Shown: positions 13,635 through 27,410 of the stretch, one piece after another
Position numbering within the stretch: position 1 is the stretch's first letter
How the letters are laid out: each line of letters starts with the position of its first letter
Origin: Albugo candida
Lineage: Eukaryota
DNA length: 64,000 nucleotides
NCBI GenBank assembly: GCA_040437565.1
Contig: JBDOQK010000040.1
Coordinates: 248,001-312,000 of the forward strand
Direction: 5' to 3'
The notes under the pieces: generated by a model
Database searches by the model: none
Seen by the model: only the letters and a program-made list of their open reading frames with translations
What the model was told of the DNA's origin: nothing
Position numbers and translations under genes: made by a program

Positions 13635-13718
13635 GTCTATATTACTAAAATCAGACTAACCGACTTCTCAAATGATATACATGATCAAAATTTTCCATGA
13701 AAATGCCTTTGCAAAATA

Positions 13719-14100
13719 GTGAGTCATCACCTGCTAAAAGCAAAGCACATCGACAAAAGGGTGAAGTTCGTGTGTGAGCAAGCGAGACGTGGGGTTATTG
13801 TACCACAATATGTACCTTCGAACAAGATGATCGCCGACATATTGACGAAGGCGCTCGATTCCCACCAGCTCGCCAGTTTTCGCACACTCGTGGATTTTCA
13901 GTGGTCAGAACACGGCCGAGAAGGAGTGTTGGAAGATGGTGGATATGTAGTCGCCGCGACATTGGAAAGAGTTCGTCAACGGGCGACTGTTCGTCTCTAT
14001 GACGTCATTTAACGACCGTGCTATTCGAAATAATGCGCGATGTTGTAGTTTGTATGTGGATAGGATACCTAGGAAATGCATATGATAATATTTAACAACA
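13719..14100 (+). mobile_element. Ty1/copia 3' fragment (RNase H end, PPT, LTR)
   Basis: KAKHIDKRVKFV...MIADILTKAL, followed by the purine tract gagaaggag and a TGTTGGAA... LTR start near 13927. Confidence 0.75.
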
Positions 14101-14399
14101 GTTTTCACATTAGCACAAAAAGACAGAGGGAGGGGGAATATATACTTGGTACCCTCCAATCCATCTGATGCCACATTCTAAATGCTCGCTTCCACTGAAA
14201 AGATTTGCTGTCCCATTGAGACAATTTTGCGGGTCGATGTAGTGCAATGTTGATGTCCATCGCCTTGTGCGGTCCAAAGAAAGGTTGGATAAGCTAGAAT
14301 ATTACCGTCGAACCCGCTGTACAATTCTCACGAATGATTGGCGACGCATCGGACACGAACTGCTGCAGGAATTTAGTGCGTTGTAGCTTCATTCGTCCC

Positions 14400-16800
14400 A
14401 TGAAACACATGAATTTGTAGCCCACCATCTTGTGGACGAAAATTCAAATAATCTTTGCTGATCACGTAAACGTGCTTAGAAACGTTTTTTTGCTTCCGAT
14501 CAAGCACAATTCTATTTAGTATCGAACCCACAGTCAAATACTCTCTTCTGGGATGTCCACGTGCATAGTGAAATGCCACAGACGTGATAAAATTACTGTC
14601 TGCGCAACCAATAGTTGACCACGGAAAGTTTGTGCCCGTCGAACAAACTCATCATCTAATTTTTTTTAACAGTTGAAAGTACTATCGAATAAGTTGGTGT
14701 GTGCGGAACGAAACACCTGGACATTTGAACCACTATGATTGAATTAGGAATAGATGGATACGGCATGGTCCAATTCGCCGAGAGCAAGAATAAACTCACT
14801 CAAGTTGAGCTTCACAACAGATCCATCGCAATAAACTTGGACGAGTTCGAGTTGCGTCATAACACCATTTGGAGTTTCCGAAAGCAATGTCGAATGATCC
14901 GCAAAATATACTCTAGTTGCGACAGTCGTGCCATGATCTAGATACCATGTTCTTCGTATTGCCGAAGTAAGTTTACCAAAAAATTCGATCGTCATCAGAA
15001 AAAGGCATGCTGAAAGAGGATCGCCTTCTACGTTGTGGTTTATTGAACGGTGCGATTTTGCCATCATTCATCAGTTGCGCCTTCGTGTCCGTGTATAAAA
15101 GACGAACCCAGTCGACGAAAAATTACAGCGCCCATTTTTCCGAAACGCAAATATGTACGTCAAATTGACTCGATCTTTAGATTTTTAAAAGTCGAGATAG
15201 GTTGCATACGCTTTCACCCCACGATGAGTCACCATGTCTTGTATGTCGTTGAGATGTCGAAGGTGATGATGTATCGACCTTCCTCTGATCTTGATGGATC
15301 AAATCTGCCTGAATGTTTTTTCGATTGATGCGCCGGTACTCTAAAAAGTACCTTGATATCGACAGAAGTAAGTGCGATCGGCCAATGTTGCCAGCATTAC
15401 TTCTTGATCCTTAATTTATTAAAATGTGGTAGCCGTGTGACCTTGTGGTAGAAGTAAGATACCTCTTTCGAGATAATATCCGATCACAATCTTCAGACAC
15501 TCGCCAAACATTTCCGGATATAGCAGACCAATTGCAGCTGTTATTCCATTCATACATGGAGAGGAACTATTTTACACGTGCTTGATCGCTTACATCATCT
15601 CAGTCGCACCTAAGAGAGTTATGGTACGGTCTTGCTCTTCTGAACCAGGTATAACTTTGAGTCAAATCCAGCGGCTCTTTTAATTTATTTCGCATGTATC
15701 AGCTGAGTAGGTCTATGAGGTATAGAGAGAACCATGAGACCGGCCGAAAAATCCCTGTATTGGTAAACAGTTTACATCGTGTTCGATTTCACGGTGGCAC
15801 ATCTATAGGGATATTTTCGATCTGCACGCGGCTACAAGAAGTATCCGTGAGCAAAAAAAGGCTTGGAATAGTTCTCCACACGCTTCACGTGATGATAGAA
15901 GCTGTCAGCTTGGCTGTATTTGGCATTGTTTTCGATCGAAATTTTAAATTGCTCGAGACTCGATTCGAAAAAATGTCGTGACTGATTGGTGTCTTGAGTG
16001 CAACATCAAGCTGCTGTATATTCCAAACACGCTGTATAGACTTAACATCACGTCGGCTATCTTGTGAGATCGTCCTCTCTATCGCTTGAAGATGTTTCTT
16101 GATTTTTGTCTTCCAACTTTCACACACTTTTTTGGGATTCCAAGTTGTCAAACTGTTCGAGAAGGAAATTCGCTTTCAATTTTATTGCTTCGACAACTTG
16201 AAGACATTCAAATAGTCGCAGTGAACATTTTCAATGTCGTCTCTCCGTAAATTGAGCTGCATTTGCAGAAATTTTCTTTTGTGGCAGATGATCTCTCGTA
16301 TGTCGTGGACGGAGATATATAAAGATTTTGTATTCCATATTAGACAGCTCCTTCCACATGCAAACTTTGTCCAGTCGATTCTTTCCCCGGGCATATCATT
16401 GCTATGCATAAATGGATTGAAGGAAAGCGGGATATAGTCGCGTTATAGTAACGTCGCACGATCACGTGTCTTTGATACTAAAAAGAGACGAACGATACAA
16501 TACACTTGATGCAGTTCAAAAATCTGACAATTATTTTTTGAATTCTGGATAATGGAGTTTGCCTATAATATTCTCCATTCACAACGTCGTTCCAGAGCTT
16601 GAGAAAGAATCCGATCGGACCAATTCGTTTATATTGGAAATATGTAATCGGGTTATTCGCGAGTGATGCGGCCACCAAGCCTCGAGTCTTGCTTTCGTAT
16701 CACATTTGATGCAGCAAACCGGTGCCGATGTTTGATCACAAAATATTCCGTGGATGGCTTTTAGAACATTTTGCGTATCAAAAGGTCAAATGCGAGCGCA
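14400..16800 (-). pseudogene. Possible further decayed member of the long host gene family
   Basis: Series of broken minus-strand ORFs with weak, patchy similarity to 18800-19500. Confidence 0.3.
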
Positions 16801-17499
16801 TAGTTCTGGTAACAACTTCTTATGCATCTTATGCATCAAAATCCTTACATGATGTGCTGTAGTCAGATATTTGCAACTTTGACCCGAGTAGAGGAGACGC
16901 ACAACTTCACTTCCTATATTACATCCCTGTGTGTACGATAGAAGGTTTTGCCTCAAAAGAACTAAGAATGATGTGCATGTATCATTTGTGACTTATGATA
17001 AAAGCTGAAACATCCCATAAATTCTACATGCGTATTCCTTGTCATTCTTTACATTTGCTTTTTCGGAGAAGAGATCGGAGCGTCTCAAGGATTGTTTCAG
17101 TAGATCCATTTGAAACCAGCTTGTACAAATTATCATACAATAATGATGTGCCGCAGCAAAACTCTTCGTACAAGGGATAGAAGAGCACGCTCCCAGTGCA
17201 TAGCGAGGCCTTCTTTGCATTCTATTCACGTACTTTTTTTACATATCTCATTGAGTGATGTGATATATCTGGTAAACCTGGTGGGGTGAGAAATGTTTGA
17301 CTATTCGATGTCTACACAATTTAAAGTTTGTATGAGATCCGAAAAAAGAGAATCATACGGGTGGCATCATTCAAGCATTGCTTTTGACAGCAAAATGTCG
17401 ACAAATACTGTGCTGGTAGCTTGTACACTATGCGGTTTCCACAATAGCCAAGATTGACAATGAATTTCTTTTATTTTCTCATGTATTAATATACAGACA

Positions 17500-19620
17500 C
17501 TGAGAGCATTCCATTAGGCTAATTATTCCTGACAACCCTATCTTATATAATCAACACTACTTGTGCAAATTTATTTGGTGGTAACAAGATCTTCCAGAAC
17601 GATCAAAGATACGTCTGTTCAAATTCGTGAAATAGATTGGGCGCTGCCCTTCCAGTCTTTACTAAATTCAGATTAACTTGCGTCAACTTATTTCTCAAGA
17701 ACTTGCACATTAGTTCCGCTTTTTTCAATACGAACCAGTCCTTCATTACGGATAGAGCATTTTCGCTAGTGTCAGGAGCTTTTATACAAGTTGCTTCTCT
17801 GATAAACACTTCTACGGTTTTATAGGACCTGTAAGAGAGGCAGTTCAATATCTCCGCGTTGATAAATTCTAGAAAGGTTTGATTCATCAGTTTGAATAAC
17901 TGATTGTACACAAATAGGAGAGAGCATTTCCTGCCAGACAAATCTTTTTATTGAAGATTGGACAAAGGTAATAAAGCTATCAAATAATGCTGTGGAAAGG
18001 GTGCGAATATATACAAAAAATGCACTTGTCCAACCCGAGTCCAAAAGCTTTTTCATGTCCGATCTCATTGATGGAGGAGATTGAGGACAGCTTGACCAAT
18101 AAATTAAACAATAGTAGTTGTCTGAGTTTCCATGTTTCTTGCATACTCCACTCAGAAGAATGACGTCTAATGGTTATGACAACTAAGTGCAATAGACACT
18201 CGCAAGCATTTATTCGTTCATGTTCGTTTTCTAGATTCCAAATTCTAGTAGACAAAAGTATGTGCAAATTCCCCATGAAGCAATCCTAAATGTCATCGTC
18301 TCACAGTTGTAAAGTTTCAGCGTAATCGCCAGCTGATAAATATATAGAATTAGATATTGTTGCGATAACAACATCTTAGAAAACTGTCAATGTAATCTAT
18401 GCTATTTGTTTGACAGGATGCAAGGGACAATGTACAAACTCCCTTTGTTGCAGAAGACGAGCTTCTATCTGGATATCGCTACTGAGAATAATCTTTCCAT
18501 TACCCATTGCATATTGCGCTTGGAAGTGAAGAGTAGTCTAAATATCCGCCAGGATACCACGTCGTTCCAATTAAAGTTTGAACGCTGATAAAAATTTGTC
18601 ACATATAGCATCAAGTGGCTGGCTTCAAGAGTATCTTTCGTACTGTGGTGATCCAGGAACTACGGTACTGGTTCCTCAAGTGTGCAATTTACGGTATCAT
18701 TATTGCGAATACGTTGATCAAATATGCCAGCTTTGCACGCTGTGAACGTCGCTGATCGCCGAAGCGCTGCTATTGCATATATGATGCTTCATTGAGTTCA
18801 AGTGACACTTAATAAAGTCAGCAATCTACTTGCATCCGATTGGAGCTCTGAAGTTTTTTATACAAGTGTCATGCTCAAAGGGTGCGTACCAGTGCTCCAT
18901 GTTTTTGTAGAACGTGAAGATTGTTTTTTTGAAGCGGAACGCCAGAAAAGAAAAATCGGACCGTAAACGTAACCCATAAACGATTTCTTAAGTTTGGAAA
19001 TGATCTTCTAGAATGTGGCCAAGTTTGAAAAAATCTGATCGTTTAGAAAGGGTAGCAAGAATACAAAATGAATTGGGCACGATAATGAGTATTCCGAGCT
19101 TTTGTGTGATATGGTGTGATTTTGAGAAGAGAGAACATCAACAAATCACTGATACTACATCCGGAGTAAGAGGTCTTTTCTATGCTGTACTAGCATCCTT
19201 GAAAGTGTGTGCGTTTACTTTTGATGTGAAAGATTTCTACTCTAATACCAGCTCCCTATGCCTCAGATTTTCACAAGATCAAATATTTCTGACGTTACGA
19301 CTTTCTTGTTCCATACGTAAAAGCTCACCTCAAGATCCGCTTCAGATACTGTTCAAGACATCTTTATCGGGTTGATTTTAATACTTCCAAGCTTGTACCT
19401 CAATCTATTCGATTGCTTGATATCCTACATATTGCGATGGATCCGAAAACAAGCGGTCACGAGGGCTTACGTGCAATCCAGTAAGGTAATAAACAGTGAG
19501 TTCTTGTACAAGATGCAGCGAGCTCAATTCACACTGGCTATATGATGAGATCAATGTACTAACTCAGCGTCATGCACTGAAGCAGAACAGGTAAGCTCAA
19601 GTATCTCAGTTTATTTACAT
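17500..19620 (-). pseudogene. Decayed host gene, paralog of 4500-8130
   Basis: Collinear similarity. Carries a single diverged copy of the 125-bp array unit at ~18120-18235 (VILLSGVCKKHGN vs IILLRGVCKKHGN). Confidence 0.65.
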
Positions 19621-19904
19621 TGATTCTGGACAAACAAAGTCATTCGTTCCGAGAATTCACGATGCTGCTACTTGTTTTTTTTTGATTCAGAGATGATCTA
19701 TGCAATCGATGGCTGAAGAAATTGACATGCACAAAGCGTGTGTCAAATCATGGGGATAAATATCGACTTGGTTGGTTATTTACATCCTTCGGGAATAGGA
19801 AGCTAATGAAATCGTACAATTGGGAACGTTCCAAAATATGAAGAGACAAAGTACCCAACGTCACAAATATGGATGCTTGTCAAGCTCGTGATTCGGTTCT
19901 CGTT

Positions 19905-22500
19905 TTAATAGGATTTCCTTTTTTTAAGTGGTTTTTATTCTAAAGATTTAATATTAGAAATAGCTTTTTCTAGTTTATTTTTTAACTTCTTTATCTTAGT
20001 GTATCGTCATATCGGAACTCAAGCAGCCCACAAAGATCTCCGGTTGATGTTCGAGGTTGGTCTTAATCTTCTGGCACCGCTGTCTCTATCCATTTGTTAC
20101 GATATTTATCTGTATTCCGCCCATTTCCTGAGTGCCACAACTATCGCAAGTAGCTACTACCTCCCATCAGGATGCGATGCAATTCTGCATGAGGATCGCA
20201 TATGTTATGATATCACTTTTTCTTGAGTACCTTTCCTGTCGCTACTAAAGTATCTTGAGATTCTAGTGATCCAAAACTCTGCACAGACATGATCTCCACA
20301 GTAGATACTTTGAAGTGTGACACTTCGTAGCTCTTACTGACAAAAAGCTTCTTCAGTAGAAACAGCTTTTAGATGTGAGTTATGAACTTTCGATTTTGCT
20401 GTAGTATCATACAAGACCTGTCAAAATACTGATTTTTTGTGGCAGTCGGTAGTTTTGATTATGACAGAAGAGATACTTTTGTCTGTTGCTAGGTGCACTG
20501 ATAATTGCCTAACGCTTTTTGCATCCCAGAGCAATGACTTATCACCCTAACTGGGTTGAATTCCAGCCTCCATTTTATCTGAAGGAATCCATGCATAGAA
20601 GTGTAAGCAGTAAGTCTTTGAAAGCAGACTTCATTGGTATTGACAACTCCGAACGCAACAGCTACGGTCTCACTAACCTCTAAGTTTGCTTGATAATTTC
20701 CTAACGCCTGTTTTTTATTGTGCTAGAAGGTCAATGGTGAACAGAGAATACGATTTGTTAAGAACCGGTTTTCATATGGATTAGTTGTGATTTCTTGAAT
20801 GATGAAGAGGCCTCAAAACGACCAGCCAAACATTTTTTGGTTCAGTGAAGTAGAAGAATTCAAACCAATCCTTCCCACAATCCATTCATCTTGCATCAAC
20901 TCGGTATTGGTGAAGGGGACGAATATATCATAGCTCAGCATGATAATTTTGTGTGGAGATCTCCGTTCTCACCTTATCTTCTGAGATGTGTAGGTTTTGC
21001 CAGTTTGAGATCATTTTTGCTGTCGCCGTCCTTTCAAATCAACGATGCTCAATTTCAAATCTACCTGGACAATGAATGGGCAAGGCCGATACTCTCCTGA
21101 CTTCATCGTTTAGTAATAACATCGTTGGAGTTGAGATGCTGTCCCACACCCGTAGCTGACCATGTCGTTAGAGGTCTAACTCGAGTTTGTGTTGTTTGCT
21201 TGCACTCGGCCCATCTTGTCTAAGAAACTTGCAATTTTTCGTACATCACGGTACGATGAGTTTCCTTCAATTTTGATTTGGCGCATTTGACTATCAAATG
21301 TCCGGAAAACCTACTAGTTAGGATTGGGAGGTCTAAACCATCACAGATAGTTTATATGCAGTAGTGAGTAAACATAGCAATGTAATACAAGCTGGATTGC
21401 TAACAGATTCGAGATTATTATTGCCTCATTTTGCTCGTGAATCACGACATTTGGTATTCGAGAAGATGTCGAAGGCGTGACCATCAACTGTTTTATGTGG
21501 GTAGGAGCGGAACATTATCTCCAGAAAAGTTGAAGGATTGCAAGTACTATAAGCTTTGGTTGAAGTCATCAACGTCTACGTTGCATTCATGATGACGGAC
21601 AGGGGATTTCCCATACCGCACACAGACTCTGCTGAATTAGTATCTCAGATCACCAGTCTTTACTCGAACGTACACAAATACTATCTTGCAAATTTCTTTC
21701 AAAAGAGCGGATTGTCCGCTGATGGGGACTATCTGAAACATTGACCTTGGCTTGCTCCGCTAGAGAGCAAAACCGTCAATTTGTCATTTTGTTGAAGGAA
21801 TTTGAAGCAGCTTCTCATTCGAGACCGAATTCACCTTCAATAGTGTTTCTTTCCAATCAGCGATATTCTTTTAATTATGGTTAATATCTCGTATGTCTCC
21901 TACCTGAAGGTAATTTCATGTCCACAAAAATACTGCTCGCATTCCCTGCTTGCTATCTCTGGAGCAATTTGTGTCACAAAAGGTCACATCGTACGATTAT
22001 CAGTTTGATAGCCACACTCCCCATGTAAGCAATAGGGCATTCGCAGAGTGAGACATCCTTGAATCTGCGTTGAATGTTTGTTTTATCGACCGAACGTTTT
22101 AAGGCTTCGATGACGGATGTGACTCTTCGTTTTACGTCCGGTACGACGTGGCATGAATAATATGTACTGTTTTCGGTTGAGGTGTTCACTGGAGCCTACA
22201 CTACGACAATATTTTGATGATCGGTTTGACTTCGTCTCCATCCTGCACCGATCCATACGCCTGGATAGCAGGGTAATTTATTCTGGTAGTATACGAGTAT
22301 CCTCTTCCGACAAAAAGTGAGAATTCGATCTTTTGAAAATTTAGGCAGCATCACTTCTCCTCTTTCGGACTCTTTGTTTTCACTAATCAAGCCATTCTGG
22401 TCGTGCTCCATCAGAAATATGTCAGTTTCCGAGCCAAACGCATACGATTCCTCATGCCGGGATGTATACTGATATTCCATTATGCTGAGGATCTATTGCA
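19905..22500 (-). mobile_element. Highly degenerate non-LTR (LINE) RT relic
   Basis: Remnant motifs in expected order: NKLPCYPGV (KAPGPDG-like), FKDVSLC (FRPISLC-like), SGASQG, VDD; A-rich tail on the minus strand at ~19905-19985. Confidence 0.45.
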
Positions 22501-22749
22501 TGAATTGGAGGTAAGTGGCGAGGAGTCGGTAAAGATATAGAAGAGCTCTCTCTCAAAGATGACTTTCCTGGAGTAAGTTGCAACAATTCATACCTCAAAG
22601 TAAAAAAGGTTGATCGCTGGCTCCCTTTAGATTGGATGCTAAGTGCTGCTCGATTATATCAACTTGGAACAATATCTCGGCATTCAGGCTGATTGGTAAT
22701 GGAATTCATAAAACTGGTCATCTTTTTTATCGAGCATGTCCTAGCACAA

Positions 22750-24380
22750 AACTGCATTTTTTGTGATCAAGAAACCAGGTTTCACGATCACAATCAACTT
22801 TAATCACTTCAGGTGTTTATGCAATCAAAAATGCAGCACAAAAATTGTTTGCCATTGACCACAGCAATGATTTTCTACTTCCAACTCAAAATTGCAGTGG
22901 CGATGTGATGATAATCATTCGTTCGAGCTTTACTCTTTGTACAACATCTGAAGAGACCACCGAACGAAGCATTCGAAATCGCAGTTTGGTTATGGGTCTC
23001 CCCATTCACGATGCACTGGTGTATATGCACAGCATATAAGCACCGGTCAAGAAAACAATTCTTTTAAAATATTGATCTCTGAGAATCTCTATTGGCCCGC
23101 AACACATCTCGCATTTGGTGATTTCAATACACCACTCCATCCAGCTGTCGATGATTTAATTGGAATAATTCGTTTCCAAGCAAGTTTATCAGCGTGTTTG
23201 AAATAGCATTTACACTTGGGTGTGGTAGACGTTTACCGAATCAAACATCCGACCGAAAAGAATTTACATGACCATTAACACGCAAGAATGGACTAGATTA
23301 CATCTGCATGCAGGAAGAGCTATTCAATATGGTACACAAAGACTGGATATATACGTCTACGACATACAGAAGATCATCAGGCACAAAAAGTAACTGTTGC
23401 CAATCTAGATTGAACTCTAAGCCGAGATTATTGGAAATTTACATGTCGACTATTCGACTATTCTCAACCTGCTGAGAAAATTAGATTAGAATCGAACATG
23501 GAGCTAGAAAGGGGAGGACAACTTCGACTCCCGGAGTAATGCGGGAGTGAAGAATGGTTTCATTTTGACGGCCAGAAAACCATAACTCTCAATGACAGCT
23601 CCACAATACGAGCCTGCATCCATTAGTTTTATCTTCCTCGATCCAAAGATGTCGCGAGTCCATTTTATCCGCCCCTTCTTTTTATGCTCGCTATATCCGG
23701 CTATATGACTTTCATTTATGCTTGATGTCAAGCGTGTTGGTATATACTTGAACTTTGAATAAACGGGCGAATAATATTGGCACGCATTGCATCACAGTTA
23801 AACAATCCCATAGCCCCTTCATATGGCTGGAGCTACTACCTACTCAAATCAATTCTACTCATCCCGTCCACGCTAGACTTATATTGCATGTTCAATTTGG
23901 CAAAAAACAGCCAGCGTGGAAAGACTGTCAGGAAATCAATTGGATTCATGGCCTTCTTTGCAGGTAGTATTTCTACAATTCTTCTGGACCAATCATAATC
24001 GTCACTTTTTGATCAGAGATCATCAACTCCAACAATTCCAGCACTTTCTGTGATCGACACGGCGTGTAGTGCGCACGTCCGGGACCTTTTACGGAAGTAA
24101 CACGATCAAGACGAACGCATTCGGATTTCTAAGGTGCTAGATCAACTCATAACTAAATGACCATTTCGTGGATTGACCGGACGCGACGATCTTGCTCCTA
24201 TTGTGGAGCGCACGACTTTGCAAAGGACGGTACTTAATGCCAGTTTTACAGCTTTCATATCTTTTACTCGCTAGACACGGTCTCGTGCTGTGGTTGTCTG
24301 AGGCTACCGCAATGCAGGACTATTAGCGAGAAGACATTATTAATTAGTCTAATTCTAGTAGTATAGACACCTTCAATTGA
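22750..24380 (+). mobile_element. LINE relic: APE endonuclease remnants joined to the ORF2 C-terminus and 3' UTR
   Basis: GVYA, VDVYRIKHP, LDYI and DH motifs; 23800-24180 is similar to the LINE at 45900-46260; the 3' end tagtctaattctagta.tatagacaccttcaa is shared with it. Confidence 0.7.
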
Positions 24381-25489
24381 TTTTACGACGAGATACTGTA
24401 CCCGATCTCACTGAAATTGTAGCAATCAATTCAACAGGAATTATCAATCAGGGAACAGCACAACTACGTAAACACAATGAGCTGCCGTGCATGATGAATT
24501 AGAAGAAATTGACCAGAAAAATCATATTTTTGTTTCTTGTTTCGAATTTATTATCGCAATCCGAAACCAGATATTTGCGTATATGGACTAAAGATGGACG
24601 GATATCTCGAATGTATCTCGTTGGGTGCATCGCCCGACCGCGCAGTGTTGATCAGTGGATCCGTATGATTTGAAGCCTCAGCGACTTTAAGGTCGCAGGA
24701 CACGGTTAAGCTCACTGCTGGAGATTTAAAAAAACGTCAGCTTTTGTAAACTCACAGATTGGTATTGCGGATGGGATTCTCGCAAGTTCATCAAGAGATA
24801 ATAATGACAATATGTAATACATCTCACTTCTCCGTACGTCTCATGAAATACCAATTATCTCAAAAAAAATTGTTATCCTCACCAATACCATAGTTCTGGA
24901 GAGTCCGAGTGGTCAGAACGCCATGATAATTTGATAGTTCTATCCAGCGGATGAATACAAATTTTATCCTTCAGTGAAATCTGCGACTTCTGGCGGAATA
25001 ATACAAGAAATTGTACGCGCTTATTCGTGCGGTTAATCGGTAACTGCATGACATTTAAGGCAATCCCCTTCATCCTTCTCGGTTGAAAAGACCAGTGATC
25101 GAGTCTATAAATTCAAGTAGCTCATCAAATCTCGATTGCATTCAGCACAGACTTGATAAAAAAATACCACTCACTTGCACTGCGTTCGAACTTTCGATCT
25201 TCCGCGTTCGGCATAGTACCTATATAAAAAAACAAACGAGGAGATAGAGAAAATAGTAGTTTGCATAAGATCCCATAGTCCTTGTCAGGGGCCGACGATG
25301 TCACATATTTGAGCCTTCTTGTACTTCGAATAGAACAGGATCTCTTCTGTTTTGACAGCTAACATTTCCGCGTCTAGTACTCAACTTACCACAAATCTCA
25401 ATTGCGTTGAGTTTCCTCTTTGCACATGCTTCTAAGTTCTGATAGGAGAAAAAGTGGAACAAATAAATAAATAACAATAAAATATGGAA

Positions 25490-25600
25490 TTGCTATTTCC
25501 ACCCATCTTTTTGCTATTTCCACCCACCAATTTGATTTTTTGACCAATCAGATTATGACGCTATTTCCACCCAGCTTTTTACTATTTCCATCCATCTTTA
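25490..25600. repeat. Cluster of four ctatttcca(c/t)cca motifs, probably transposon subterminal repeats
   Basis: Motif repeated at about 25493, 25514, 25561 and 25582, next to a gap. Confidence 0.55.
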
Positions 25601-25779
25601 TCAACGTCCTATTTCATCAATTGCAACCAATCTTTTGCCACTCGTTTTGATCTCATTGAACACGTTCGCCANNNNNNNNNNNNNNNNNNNNNNNNNNNNN
25701 NNNNNNNNNNNNNNNNNNNNNNNNNNNNNNNNNNNNNNNNNNNNNNNNNNNNNNNNNNNNNNNNNNNNNNNTTCTCGCT

Positions 25780-27129
25780 TTATTGACCATAGTCTTTCTT
25801 AGTATCAGTTGCATCCTTTCGGGTAGGGTTCCACCACATTTTTGTATCCTCGTATGAGTATGTCGGCTCAGTATGTGGAAAAGAAAAATTACTACCTGTT
25901 TGATTTTGTTGGTCGTTTGAGAACCCAGTATTACCTGAGCCGGTAGTTGAAAGCGACAAAGCATTAAAACCAGATTCTAATTGTCCGGCATACAGCTGAG
26001 AGTTCCTCTCTGATCCATGATCCGCATTTGAGTTTATCAGGTGTGAAATTTGAGTTGACGAACTGCCTGTTAATGAATTGTGCCGGTAGTATAAGGGCTT
26101 TGCATACTCGGTGCCGCTTTTGAAAGCCAACTGATCTTTCATTCTGTGTATGACATCTCGCTCAGGGTTCCGACTCATTCCATGACGATGATATGGTAAA
26201 GTCGACGCTTTTGAAAACCGATAGTCAGGTATGATTACTCTTTCATTCTTCCAACCCATTTGTAGTGTGGATTGCTGATCATCATCGCTTCTGTGATGTT
26301 GCTTTTTTCTTCATTTTGTGATTCTTACTCTGATTAACATTCCAATGCGGATTTTCATCCTTGAGTTTTTTTAATTCATCAACCTCTGTCCGTTTTCCGA
26401 CATCGATATAATCCGACTCCTCTTCCTCAGGAATTCCAATGTCGATTTTGATTTGTGATTCCTTAGTCTTATAAAAGCTGCATTTATGAAGCCTCATTGC
26501 CGCTCTCCCGAAAATCCATCTATCACTATTATGGGCGACAATATGTTTGAAGTCTATCATCATGAAAAACGGCGTCTCGCCTGACGGCAAAAAAGCAATT
26601 GGTGTTAATTTCTTCACGCTTTTCATGTTTTTTTGCATGATTTTGTAGATTGCATTAGGTACCACAAGCTTTTCATGCCAAATGTCAAATTCAACAATTG
26701 CTTCTTCAAAATAATATTCGAAGCATTTTATCGTTTTCATATTTACTTGCCAAATTGCAAGATCGCCAGTGCTTGCCTCCATCGTTGTTATAGGTGCGAA
26801 TTTTTCTGAGGGGTCCATTTTCAATTCAATTTATTGTCCATTGAAATAATAGCGGAATGATTTACATTCCTTATCGAATGCTGATGGACAGAGATATATT
26901 GACCAAGACTTAAAAGTGGGATGTGTACAATAGTACCAGATTTGATCTTTCGACTGGTTGACCATAGCGACGAAGTATGGAAATAGTGTTTTGATCCGAC
27001 AGCGATCAAGCCAACATTTCACCGTTTCTTTAAGAGGGCAATTCTCGTCATTCCCTTAACTTGAATGACCAGTATCGCGGCGATGAGATTGAGCAGCAGG
27101 TGGAATTTGCATAAGAAAGACTTTCTCAT
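25780..27129 (-). pseudogene. Disrupted putative secreted protein, divergent pepsin-like family (copy 3)
   Basis: ATG 27129 MRKSFLCKFHLLLNLIAAILVIQVKG (signal-like), frameshift, NCPL...CKSFRYYFNG, LKMDPS, WQVNMKTI, AIVEFD, WIFGRAAMR, then a charged low-complexity tail. TCATT Inr-like motif upstream. Confidence 0.65.
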
Positions 27130-27410
27130 GGTCGCTGTCGATATTGTGTCCAAGAAGATTAAAAATGAGAGAATGAGAAGAGCACAGAACGATTGCTTCT
27201 GGAGCTTGTTCTATGTATACGGAACAAATAGAACAAGCAGCATCAGACGACTTAACAAGTAGTTCAAGTTGAAATAAAGAAATAGTGATGGTGAGATGTC
27301 GCACTGCTGTACGTGAGATGAGATAAATAAATGTCTCCGTCGGATTGTGCTCGACAAGGGACGAAAAACACATGGATTCACAGCTCCACATTCGAATAAA
27401 CAAAAAGGAC

